Source: Candidatus Woesearchaeota archaeon (GTDB lineage: Archaea > Nanobdellota > Nanobdellia > Woesearchaeales > B29-G15). Taken from it: a stretch of 64,000 nt of DNA. Positions 10,104 through 18,996 of the stretch are shown piece after piece. The DNA lies in assembly GCA_017610005.1 (NCBI GenBank), contig JAFCCU010000001.1:1478-65477 (forward strand). The letters are read 5' to 3'. Position numbers and translations under genes: made by a program. The notes under the pieces are model-generated. The model did not search any database. It was not told the origin of the DNA and was given only the letters and a program-made list of their open reading frames with translations. Each line of letters starts with the position of its first letter. Within the stretch, counting starts at the first letter, position 1.

Positions 10104-10751
10104 TTAATAATCCGCCCAGCCCTTAGCGTATTTACAGAATTCACAATTATCTGAAGGGGGAGGAATTGTGCCTTTTAAGAGGGCTTTAGCGCTACGGAAA
10201 ATTTGTTTAGCATTTTCAATGTTCACTGGGATTTTAACTAAATCCGCTTGAAATTTAGGATAAGAAGTAGGATGAAAGAAGAGTAAATATGAATAATCTT
10301 CAGTCTTATATCTATTAAGTCTTAAAAGTAAATTGTAAATATCTAGTTGGTTTTGATAGTAACCTGCAGTATTATCTTTTAGAGGGTATCCACGAGTTTT
10401 ATAATCAAGCACAATTAATTTATCTCCAAGCTGTAAAATCTCATCAACTGCTCCTCTAAATAAATTACCTTCTTTATCAGTAAACTGTATTCCCCTAAAA
10501 TTATTTCTCCAAATATTAAGTAAATCTAAGTCATCAAACATTTTAACACCCTTAAGATGCGCAATTTCAGGAGGTAGAACGCCTTTTTTCCTAAAAGAAT
10601 CAAAATGAATTTTTAACACCTTATCCATCCCACTAGGGAGTGAAGGGAAAATTGATGCAGGCCTTTTGAATTTTTTATTAAACTTAAGCCAAAAACAGCG
10701 AGGACAATCTGCTAGTAAACTTAAAGAAGATGGTGAAAATTTGTATGGCAT
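10104..10751 (-). CDS. PD-(D/E)XK nuclease, RecB/Cas4-like with split Fe-S cysteines
   Basis: SPSSL..CPRC, GAVD...LDYKT, QLDIY, and C-terminal CEFC. Confidence 0.88.
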   Translation of the reverse strand: MPYKFSPSSLSLLADCPRCFWLKFNKKFKRPASIFPSLPSGMDKVLKIHFDSFRKKGVLPPEIAHLKGVKMFDDLDLLNIWRNNFRGIQFTDKEGNLFRGAVDEILQLGDKLIVLDYKTRGYPLKDNTAGYYQNQLDIYNLLLRLNRYKTEDYSYLLFFHPTSYPKFQADLVKIPVNIENAKQIFRSAKALLKGTIPPPSDNCEFCKYAKGWADY

Positions 10752-11462
10752 TTACTTAGATTTCGTTTGGGCCTTTTTATTTCTTGTGATTATTTCTTCG
10801 GAAACTTTTTTTGAAATATCTAGGATTTCTGCCCGAGTTTTTGAAACCACAAGTAAAAGTCTTCTTTTACTTTGCATGAGGTCATATAAGGATTCCTTCC
10901 CCCCAACTTCAAGCCAATCCCTTGGAATAATCAATAATTGTGAAATATAATTATTTCGTCCCACCATATCAATTACTACATCTCGTCCTACTGATAAATT
11001 TGAGCTTAATCTACGCATAATGGGTGTGCTAAGTAACCATTGAGAGTGAACTCCATCACCTATAAGATATAAAAAAGGAAGGGTAGTTTGAGCATCTTTT
11101 CCATTCCAAACTAAAACCCTCCCATTATCATTAGTAAACTCATATCTGATTGGAGCAACTTGAGGGAAGGGTACAAAATCAGAAATAGGTTGAACAGTAC
11201 TAAATTTAGTTTTAAGATGCTCCATAAATTCTAATCCAAAATAGCTTAAAATTGCCTTGGGAATGCCGGAAATATCATCTGGGCTTTGAAGTTGAGTTAA
11301 GACTTTATCTGCTAAAGAGCTTAACATTGGAAATTCAACCTCCCAGGGAATTACCTGCCCTTCTGCCCCTAAAATTCGTTTGTATGGAGTCAAATCAGAA
11401 GCGAGACTTGGAAGGGATCCCTTTCCATGAGAGGAATTAATCATTTTATAAAGATTAGACAT
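10752..11462 (-). CDS. Hypothetical protein abutting the nuclease gene
   Basis: 236 aa ORF whose stop is immediately followed by the nuclease ATG. Confidence 0.65.
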   Translation of the reverse strand: MSNLYKMINSSHGKGSLPSLASDLTPYKRILGAEGQVIPWEVEFPMLSSLADKVLTQLQSPDDISGIPKAILSYFGLEFMEHLKTKFSTVQPISDFVPFPQVAPIRYEFTNDNGRVLVWNGKDAQTTLPFLYLIGDGVHSQWLLSTPIMRRLSSNLSVGRDVVIDMVGRNNYISQLLIIPRDWLEVGGKESLYDLMQSKRRLLLVVSKTRAEILDISKKVSEEIITRNKKAQTKSK

Positions 11463-11553
11463 AATTAAGGCAATTAGGGGTATTTAATAAACCTAACCCA
11501 CAGGACAAATGCCCTACATACCTTTTTAAATAAGAATCTACATATTTAATATT

Positions 11554-14166
11554 ATGATTTCTACAAAAGAGAGGGAAGACTCTATAGAATCCTTAAAAAG
11601 AATCATGCATCCTTTAGTTAAAAAATGGTTCTTTTCTAAATTTCCTGGTTTTTCTATTCCTCAAAAATTTGGAATAATGGAAGTTCATTCGAGAAATAAT
11701 GTGTTAATCACTGCCCCAACAGGAGGGACTAAAACATTAACTGCTTTTTTAGGAATTTTAAATGAACTTATTGATTCTTCGTTAAAGGGAATTTTAGAAA
11801 ATAGAGTGTACTGTGTATACATCTCCCCCTTAAAGGCATTAAACAATGATATCCAGAAAAATCTTATTGAGCCATTAAAAGAAATGGAAAAACTTCATGG
11901 AAAACCTCTTGGAATTAATATCCAAGTAAGATCAGGAGACTCGACTCCTTATCAGAAATCAAAGATGGCAAAAGAGAGTCCACACATATTAATTACAACT
12001 CCAGAATCCTTGGGTATTATACTTAATGCCCCTAAGTTTATCTTGAAATTTTCTGATGTGCAATGGTTAATTATTGATGAGATTCACGCTGTTGCTGAAA
12101 ATAAAAGAGGGACTCATCTAGCAATGTCAATTGAACGTCTACAAAATATTTCTACTGCAATGTGCAGGGTAGGCCTATCTGCCACAATAGCACCAATTGA
12201 AGAGATTGCAAAATTTTTAGTAGGGTATAAGGATGGAAAAGTAAGAGATTGTAAGATAATTGATGTTAAGTTTTCAAAAGAAAAAGATTTTAAGGTGATT
12301 AGCCCAGTAAGAAATTTAGTTGATTCATCATACACTTCCATGCATAAATCAATGTATAAAACATTACATAATTTAATACAAAAACACAAGACTACTCTTA
12401 TTTTTACTAATACTAGAGCAGGAACTGAGCGAGTTGTTCATTTTCTAAAAGAGATTTACCCCAAGCACTATAATGAAACAAATATTGGAGCGCATCATGG
12501 TTCGTTATCAAAAATACATAGAAAGAATATTGAAGATAGTTTAAAAGAAGGAACATTAAAAGTAGCTGTTTCAAGCACATCTTTAGAGCTTGGAATTGAT
12601 ATTGGTTATATTGATTTAGTAGTTTGTTTAGGTTCTCCTAAGTCTGTTGCAAGATTTTTACAAAGAGCAGGAAGGGCAGGGCATAAATTACACGAAACTG
12701 TCAAAGCTCGATTGGTTGTGATGGATCGTGATGATTTAGTTGAATGTGCTGTATTATTAAAAGCAGCAATTGAAGGAGAAATTGATAGGATTATGATCCC
12801 AAAAGGAGCCTTAGATGTTCTTGCTCAACATATTTATGGGATTGCAATTAATAAAGAAATTCATATTGATGATCTATTTGTCTTAATAAAACAAAGTTAT
12901 CCTTATAGTGATTTATCAAGGGTTGATTATGAAGAATTAATAAAATATTTGGCAGGGGAATTTTCTTCTCTGGAAACAAAACATGTTTACGCTAAAATTA
13001 GGCATAATAAAGCTTCTGGAATAATTTCAAGGAGAGGGAAACTTGCTCGTGTGATTTATATGACCAACACTGGCACAATCCCAGACCAAACTAGTATTAT
13101 TGTTAAGGTAGGAGATACCCCCATAGGTAAACTTGATGAAAATTTCTTAGAAAAATTAAAACGAGGAGATACATTTGTTTTAGGAGGAAGCACATTTGAA
13201 TTTAAGTATGCAAGAGGACAAACAGCTCAAGTTGATGCAGCATATGATTCATTGCCTACTGTTCCTTCTTGGGTTTCACAATCTCTTCCTCTTTCATTTG
13301 ACTTAGCCAATAAAGTTGGGCATTTTAGAAAATTGATGTATGAGATGTTAAGACAGAAATTACCTAAGGCCCATATTATTGAATTTATTAATAACTATCT
13401 TTATGTTGATAAGAACTCAAGTGAAGCAATTTACAATTATTTTTTAGAACAAGACTTGTTTGCAAGAGTGGCTAATTCAGATCAATTATTAATTGAGAAA
13501 GTTACTGATGAAGATGATAAATACACTGTTGTTCACACCTTATATGGAAAGCGTACAAATGATGCGATAAGCCGCGCTGTCGCTCTATTACTTAGTAAAC
13601 TTCACAATGTAGATATTGAAATAGCTATAAATGATAATGGTTTTTTATTAAAATCAAAAAAACACCTTTCAGTGAAAAAAGGATTAACTTTACTTGCTTC
13701 TGATAAACTTGATTTAGTCTTAAAGGGAGCTATTGAAAATTCTGAAATCTTAAGAAGAAGATTTAGGCACGTTGCAGCGCGTGGGTTAATGATTTTAAGG
13801 AATTATATGGGAATAAAAAAAAGAGTTGGCAGGCAGCAAGTGTCCTCTATGATTCTACTTAAGGCAGTTAAAAGATTATCAAGTGAGTTTCCTTTGTTAA
13901 AAGAAGCAAGACGCGAGGTGTTAGAAGAAGCAATGGATATTAATTCAGCAAAAGAGGTTATTGGTAGAATAGAAAAAGGTAAGATAAAATTAAAAGTTAT
14001 TGAGACAAATATCCCTTCTCCATTTGCATTTAATTTAGCAACACAAGGTTATTCTGATATAATGAAAATAGAAGATAAAATAGATTTTTTAAGAAGAATG
14101 CATAAAATGGTTCTAGCTAAAATTGGAAAAAATGATCCCAGGGCAAGAGAATTATTCTTTGCTTAA
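11554..14166 (+). CDS. lhr: Lhr-family SF2 helicase (archaeal Lhr2-type)
   Basis: APTGGTKT, SPLKALNND, TTPESL, DEIH, LSAT, HHGSLS, LELGIDIG, QRAGRAGH, PSPFA. Confidence 0.95.
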   Translation: MISTKEREDSIESLKRIMHPLVKKWFFSKFPGFSIPQKFGIMEVHSRNNVLITAPTGGTKTLTAFLGILNELIDSSLKGILENRVYCVYISPLKALNNDIQKNLIEPLKEMEKLHGKPLGINIQVRSGDSTPYQKSKMAKESPHILITTPESLGIILNAPKFILKFSDVQWLIIDEIHAVAENKRGTHLAMSIERLQNISTAMCRVGLSATIAPIEEIAKFLVGYKDGKVRDCKIIDVKFSKEKDFKVISPVRNLVDSSYTSMHKSMYKTLHNLIQKHKTTLIFTNTRAGTERVVHFLKEIYPKHYNETNIGAHHGSLSKIHRKNIEDSLKEGTLKVAVSSTSLELGIDIGYIDLVVCLGSPKSVARFLQRAGRAGHKLHETVKARLVVMDRDDLVECAVLLKAAIEGEIDRIMIPKGALDVLAQHIYGIAINKEIHIDDLFVLIKQSYPYSDLSRVDYEELIKYLAGEFSSLETKHVYAKIRHNKASGIISRRGKLARVIYMTNTGTIPDQTSIIVKVGDTPIGKLDENFLEKLKRGDTFVLGGSTFEFKYARGQTAQVDAAYDSLPTVPSWVSQSLPLSFDLANKVGHFRKLMYEMLRQKLPKAHIIEFINNYLYVDKNSSEAIYNYFLEQDLFARVANSDQLLIEKVTDEDDKYTVVHTLYGKRTNDAISRAVALLLSKLHNVDIEIAINDNGFLLKSKKHLSVKKGLTLLASDKLDLVLKGAIENSEILRRRFRHVAARGLMILRNYMGIKKRVGRQQVSSMILLKAVKRLSSEFPLLKEARREVLEEAMDINSAKEVIGRIEKGKIKLKVIETNIPSPFAFNLATQGYSDIMKIEDKIDFLRRMHKMVLAKIGKNDPRARELFFA

Positions 14167-14373
14167 ACAGTCAAAACAGATAAATGCTTTTTTCTTAATC
14201 CCTGCGTAAGATATCTGGCAAGGCTTGTTGCATTTGCTACACTCTACAATATATTGTGCGGGTTTTTTACCTACGATTCTTTGTGATTTATCTTCTTCAA
14301 TCTTGTCCACTACACTTACAACAAATTCATGAGCATCATTTATCTTATCAAACTCTTTCCATTGGGAATCCAT
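14152..14373 (-). CDS. Small zinc-finger protein (probable start ATG 14373)
   Basis: CSKC...CFDC cysteine pairs at the C-terminus. Confidence 0.6.
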   Translation of the reverse strand: MDSQWKEFDKINDAHEFVVSVVDKIEEDKSQRIVGKKPAQYIVECSKCNKPCQISYAGIKKKAFICFDCLSKE

Positions 14374-14425
14374 AAACCAAAATAATCTGCATACTTTTAT
14401 AAATCTTGTTACTCTTAAAAAAAGA

Positions 14426-15121
14426 ATGGAATTGTTAGATGGGATCTTTTCAAGGGACCTTGGAATTTTTATTAAAAATTCAAACACTTTAGTCTTGGCA
14501 GATTTTCATATAGGTTATGAAGAAGCGTTAAATAAACAAGGGATTTTAATTCCACGATTTTCATTTCAAGATATGTTAAAAAGATTGACTCCCATTTTAA
14601 AGAAAAAATTTTCTACAATTATAATTAATGGTGATCTAAAACATGAGTTTGGTACAATTTCAAAACAAGAATGGAGTGAATCTAAAAGGCTTTTGGCAAT
14701 GTTAAAAATGGCCTGTGAAAAGCTTATTTTAATTAAAGGAAATCATGATACGATGCTTGAAGCTATTGGTCATAGTTGTGAAATATTAGAGTGTGTTAAA
14801 CAAGGCAATATCTTAATTACACATGGAGATAAACTTCCAAAAACCCTTTCTGGGATAGAAACAATAATCATTGCCCATGAACATCCTGCAATTATTTTAA
14901 AAGATAAAATTAGAAAAGAAAAATTTAAGTGTTTTTTAGTTGGAAAATTTAAAAATAAAAATTTAATTGTACAACCTTCTTTTAACTCAATTTCTCAAGG
15001 CACAGATGTTGCTCACAGTAAGTTAATAAGTCCATTTCTGGCGCAGGATATTATGAATTTTAAGGTGTTTATCGTAGGGGATAAAGTGTATAACTTTGGT
15101 CCTTTACAAGAACTTATTTAA
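14426..15121 (+). CDS. Metallophosphoesterase (Lhr-associated MPE type)
   Basis: ADFHIG, NGDLKH, GNHD, THGD, HEHP and PSFN motifs. Confidence 0.92.
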   Translation: MELLDGIFSRDLGIFIKNSNTLVLADFHIGYEEALNKQGILIPRFSFQDMLKRLTPILKKKFSTIIINGDLKHEFGTISKQEWSESKRLLAMLKMACEKLILIKGNHDTMLEAIGHSCEILECVKQGNILITHGDKLPKTLSGIETIIIAHEHPAIILKDKIRKEKFKCFLVGKFKNKNLIVQPSFNSISQGTDVAHSKLISPFLAQDIMNFKVFIVGDKVYNFGPLQELI

Positions 15122-15415
15122 CTTTTCAGTAAATTGTTCTTTATTAAACATTCCAGAGAAACGATCAACTTCTTCTCCATCCTTCAATATTAAGACAGTT
15201 GGAATAGATCTAATTTCAAATTTAGTTGCTAAATCTTGGTCTTCATCTGTATTGACTTTATAAAATTTCATACCCTTAATCTCTTCAGAGACTTCTTTAA
15301 ATGTTGGACCAAATAATTTGCATGGACCACACCATGGAGCCCAAAAATCAATTACTGTTAACCCTGTTGTTGTTTCGCTCTCAAAATTTTCCTTTGTAAG
15401 ATCAGTATAAGCCAT
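15104..15415 (-). CDS. trxA: Thioredoxin
   Basis: DFWAPWCGPC and IRSIPT. Confidence 0.97.
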   Translation of the reverse strand: MAYTDLTKENFESETTTGLTVIDFWAPWCGPCKLFGPTFKEVSEEIKGMKFYKVNTDEDQDLATKFEIRSIPTVLILKDGEEVDRFSGMFNKEQFTEKLNKFL

Positions 15416-15533
15416 TATTAAAAGAAATTGTAAACTCTTTAAAAGCTTATTGTTGTCACTGTTACAAGAAAATTTATTATATGTTTTTTTAGTGGTAAAT
15501 TTTATATATCAGTTGTAAGAAATATAATCTCGG

Positions 15534-16694
15534 GTGAGGAGTATGAAAGGAACTTATGTATTAACTTCAGAATCAGTAACAGAAGGGCATCCTGATAAGG
15601 TTGCAGATCAAATCTCAGATGCTATTGTAGATGCAATGATTTCTCAAGATCCTGAATCAAGAGTGGCTTGTGAAACTCTTTGTACAACTGGAATGGTTTT
15701 AATTGCAGGGGAAGTCACAACAAAAGCTTATGTGGATATTCCTGAAATTGCAAGAAAAACAATTAAGGAAATTGGATATGACAGCCCAACTTATGGATTT
15801 GATTATAATTCAGTTGCAGTTTTAACAACAATTCATGAACAATCTCCTGATATTGCTATGGGTGTAGATGTCACAGATTCACGTGAAGAAGGCGCTGGTG
15901 ATCAAGGCATGATGTTTGGGTATGCTTGTAATGAAACAGAAGAATTAATGCCAATGACAATTTCACTTTCTCATAAACTTGTAAGACAATTAGCAAAAGT
16001 CAGAAAGGATAAAACCCTTGATTATTTGGGGCCTGATGGTAAAAGCCAAGTGAGTGTTGAATATACTGATGGCAAAGTAAATAGAGTAACAGCTGTTGTT
16101 GTTTCAACCCAACACACTGCAGAAGTTAATCTTGAAAAAATTAGAGAAGATATTATTGAACATGTAATAACTCCTATTGTTGGAGAATATACAGATGATG
16201 AAACTGTAATCCATGTAAACCCAACAGGAAGATTTGTTAAAGGGGGCCCAGCAGCTGATACTGGCCTAACTGGAAGAAAAATTATTGTTGATAGTTATGG
16301 TGGCATTGGGAGGCATGGCGGAGGAGCTTTTTCAGGAAAAGACCCAACTAAAGTGGATCGTTCAGGGGTTGCTAATGCAAGGTATATTGCAAAAAATATT
16401 GTTGCAGCAGGTTTAGCTGATCAATGTGAAGTTCAAGTATCTTATGCAATTGGAATAGCTGAACCAACTTCATTTGTTGTATATACATTTGGAACTGGCA
16501 AATATCCAGATGAGATGATAACAAAAGTTGCAAGAAAAATTTTTCCATTAAAACCAGGCGAGATTATTGAACATTTAGATCTTAGAAAACCTATTTGGAA
16601 GAAAAGCTCAGTATATGGTGCATTTGGTAGAGATGGTTTTCCTTGGGAAAAAACAGATAAGGTTGAAGAACTCAAAGAAGCATTAGAGGAGTAG
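15534..16694 (+). CDS. metK: S-adenosylmethionine synthetase, bacterial/eukaryotic type
   Basis: [40 protein letters not shown]. Confidence 0.97.
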   Translation: MRSMKGTYVLTSESVTEGHPDKVADQISDAIVDAMISQDPESRVACETLCTTGMVLIAGEVTTKAYVDIPEIARKTIKEIGYDSPTYGFDYNSVAVLTTIHEQSPDIAMGVDVTDSREEGAGDQGMMFGYACNETEELMPMTISLSHKLVRQLAKVRKDKTLDYLGPDGKSQVSVEYTDGKVNRVTAVVVSTQHTAEVNLEKIREDIIEHVITPIVGEYTDDETVIHVNPTGRFVKGGPAADTGLTGRKIIVDSYGGIGRHGGGAFSGKDPTKVDRSGVANARYIAKNIVAAGLADQCEVQVSYAIGIAEPTSFVVYTFGTGKYPDEMITKVARKIFPLKPGEIIEHLDLRKPIWKKSSVYGAFGRDGFPWEKTDKVEELKEALEE

Positions 16695-17373
16695 ATGCAG
16701 TTGCTATGTAACTTCCTGCAAATATCGTAGCAATAACCCAAGAGATAATATAGATTGGGAGGGCAGTTACATACCAGATTAACTCTTTTCTTTCTTTTAT
16801 ATCTTTAATTATAAATACATTTAAAACCACAAAAAATAGTAGACTTGAAATTATTGGATTGTGGGGAACTCCCACGGTTTGTAAAAAATCTAATGCCCCT
16901 CTTGGATTATTAAGTTTTAAATATTTATATATCTTAGATTTAGTTAAAAATACCACAAAAATTAATGTTAGGGAGATAAATGAAGATAATGTGCCTGCTA
17001 AAATTTCATATTTTGATTTAGCTGTAAATATCTCAATACTTTTTTTAATTATATACCCTCCAATTAGGGCCATAAACAATATTAAGAGATAATGCCCAAC
17101 ATAACCTCCTTTTCCAAAGCCTGAATAGAATATAATTGGAATGGTAAGGATAGTAAGAACAGCCCCCAATGCAAAAATTAAAATTATAAAAATTTTAAGA
17201 GAAAATTTATTTTCTGGCTTAGTTATTGGAATTGGTTCTTTTAAATTTTCAAATAATGAATCCACTTCTTCGCCAGAATACCCTGTTTCAATCATTACTT
17301 CTTTAATTTCATCATGAGAATATCCTTTTTTTATGTTAGAGTTGATATACTCAACTACTTCTTCATCGGGCAT
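16672..17373 (-). CDS. Membrane protein with N-terminal small helical domain
   Basis: N-terminal YI..KGYS..EI...GY motif followed by about 5 TM segments. Confidence 0.7.
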   Translation of the reverse strand: MPDEEVVEYINSNIKKGYSHDEIKEVMIETGYSGEEVDSLFENLKEPIPITKPENKFSLKIFIILIFALGAVLTILTIPIIFYSGFGKGGYVGHYLLILFMALIGGYIIKKSIEIFTAKSKYEILAGTLSSFISLTLIFVVFLTKSKIYKYLKLNNPRGALDFLQTVGVPHNPIISSLLFFVVLNVFIIKDIKERKELIWYVTALPIYIISWVIATIFAGSYIATASTPLMLL

Positions 17374-17430
17374 AAGGACTAATTTTACCTTATGGGTATA
17401 TTAATTTTTCTAAAAAAATCAATAAAAAGT

Positions 17431-18402
17431 TTATTTAGGCCCAAAAACATCCATTAAATCAATAGTCTCTTCAGCATATTTCTTTTTTGGCTTTTCTTCA
17501 ACTTCCGAGTTTTGCTCTCCAGACTCTGAGCTTTGTTCTGTAACCTCCGGACTGCTGACTCCAGACTCTTCTGGGCTTTGAGCTACAGGCTCTTGGCTTT
17601 CAACTTCCGACTTCAAACTTCCGACTTCAAACTGTTCTGGTTCTTCTTGGATCATTCTTTTTTCTTCGAGAGAATCATCTGGCATTAGTTCATTTAATGG
17701 TTTTTCTTCTTGAGTTATGTCAAAATCATTAACTGGTTGTGAAGGCGTTTCAATAACTGGTTTGAATTCTTCAACAGGCTCAATAGGTTGTTGTGGTGAT
17801 TCATATTCTTCATAACCTTCAAAACCAATAGGCTCCGAGCTTTGAGCTGTGGGCTCCGAGCTTTGAGCTTTGAGCTGTGAAATTGGTTCTTCAGACTTCA
17901 GACTTCTAACTTCAGACTCTTGTTGGCTTTCCTCTCCAGACTCCAGACTCCCGACTCCAGACTCCAGACTATTAACTTCCAACTGTTCTGTTTCCACAAT
18001 TTGTTCAGCTTGATCCATAATAGAAGGTTCAGTTTTTACAACAGGTTCTTCTGGACTTTGAGAAGGTTCTGAAATTGGTTCTTCAGACTTCAGACTTCTA
18101 ACTTCAGACTTCTCTTCTTCAGACTCAATAAACGCTTCTTTAACAGCCAGTGTCTCCTGACTGCTGACTCCCGACTCCAGACTGTTAGACTCCAGATTTT
18201 TCTTTGAGCCTTCATAATCCTTAATGTCTGTCTCAACCTTTTTGACGGGAGACTTTCTCTCAGGAATTTCTTCTGGCTTAGAAGCAAAGGATTGGCCGAG
18301 CATCATTTCTGCTCGTCTGATGGCTTCGTCTTGAGATGAAGCAAGACCATTTTTCTTAAGATTTTCAGCAAGTTTGATAACTTCTTCGGATACCATTGTC
18401 AA
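17431..18402 (-). CDS. Acidic intrinsically disordered protein whose middle is partly encoded by heptamer arrays (probable start ATG 18396)
   Basis: E/S/P-rich. Peptides SEVRSLKSEE, SLESGVGSLES and AQSSEP map onto 7-bp DNA repeats. Confidence 0.8.
   Translation of the reverse strand: MTMVSEEVIKLAENLKKNGLASSQDEAIRRAEMMLGQSFASKPEEIPERKSPVKKVETDIKDYEGSKKNLESNSLESGVSSQETLAVKEAFIESEEEKSEVRSLKSEEPISEPSQSPEEPVVKTEPSIMDQAEQIVETEQLEVNSLESGVGSLESGEESQQESEVRSLKSEEPISQLKAQSSEPTAQSSEPIGFEGYEEYESPQQPIEPVEEFKPVIETPSQPVNDFDITQEEKPLNELMPDDSLEEKRMIQEEPEQFEVGSLKSEVESQEPVAQSPEESGVSSPEVTEQSSESGEQNSEVEEKPKKKYAEETIDLMDVFGPK
17545..18196. repeat. Cluster of short heptamer arrays inside the acidic-protein gene
   Basis: Examples: 17604-17631 (CTTCCGA CTTCAAA)x2; 17833-17874 CTCCGAG/CTTTGAG/CTGTGGG x6; 17889-17916 and 18081-18108 CTTCAGA CTTCAGA CTTCTAA CTTCAGA; 17934-17968 CTCCAGA/CTCCCGA x5; 18154-18181 CTCCTGA CTGCTGA CTCCCGA CTCCAGA. 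Confidence 0.9.
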
Positions 18403-18450
18403 GGGGTGCTAAGAGTGTGGTGTTTTTTAATGATTATTGTGTTAAAAACT

Positions 18451-18996
18451 CTATTTTAGAAGTAATATCAGATCTTTACTAGAATTTATTTCATCTAGAA
18501 TTTCAAATTTATCGTCAAGAAGCTTGTAAATTTTTTTAAAATTTTTAGCTCTTTTTAATATACTTATTACTTTTGTACCTTTAACAACTCTTTTTAACTC
18601 TTTTATTGCAAGTGAATAATCATTAAAGTTATGAATTGCAGTTAATGAAATTGCACAATCAAAACAATTATCCTTAAAAGGCAAATGTTCAGCAAAACCA
18701 CAGACAGTCTGAAGTCGGAAGTCGGAAGTCGGAAGTCGGAAGTCGGAAGTCGGAAGTTTGAAGTTTGAAGTTTGAAGTTTTCTTGACTCTTTGAGCATTT
18801 CAATACTGGGGTCTATTCTTATTTTTGTGCAATCAAAGTTTTTGCTGGCAATCCCGGTTCCACATCCTAAGTCTAATAGAAGATCTGTTTTTTTAACTGA
18901 AAATTTTGCTTTTATTAATTTAATTTTTTCAAATTGTTCTTCTTCATATAATTTGTTGTAAGAACTAGCTATATTCCCATAGCCTATACTATTCAT
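18451..18996 (-). CDS. Class I SAM-dependent methyltransferase with in-frame repeat insertion
   Basis: LLDLGCGTG, IDPS and AEHLPFKDNCFD. Probable ATG 18996 overlaps the stop of the upstream giant gene. Confidence 0.9.
   Translation of the reverse strand: MNSIGYGNIASSYNKLYEEEQFEKIKLIKAKFSVKKTDLLLDLGCGTGIASKNFDCTKIRIDPSIEMLKESRKLQTSNFKLPTSDFRLPTSDFRLQTVCGFAEHLPFKDNCFDCAISLTAIHNFNDYSLAIKELKRVVKGTKVISILKRAKNFKKIYKLLDDKFEILDEINSSKDLILLLK
18708..18777. repeat. Heptamer array, 10 units (TCTGAAG, TCGGAAG x6, TTTGAAG x3), inside the methyltransferase
   Basis: Read directly; encodes LQTSNFKLPTSDFRLPTSDFRLQT. Confidence 0.97.
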
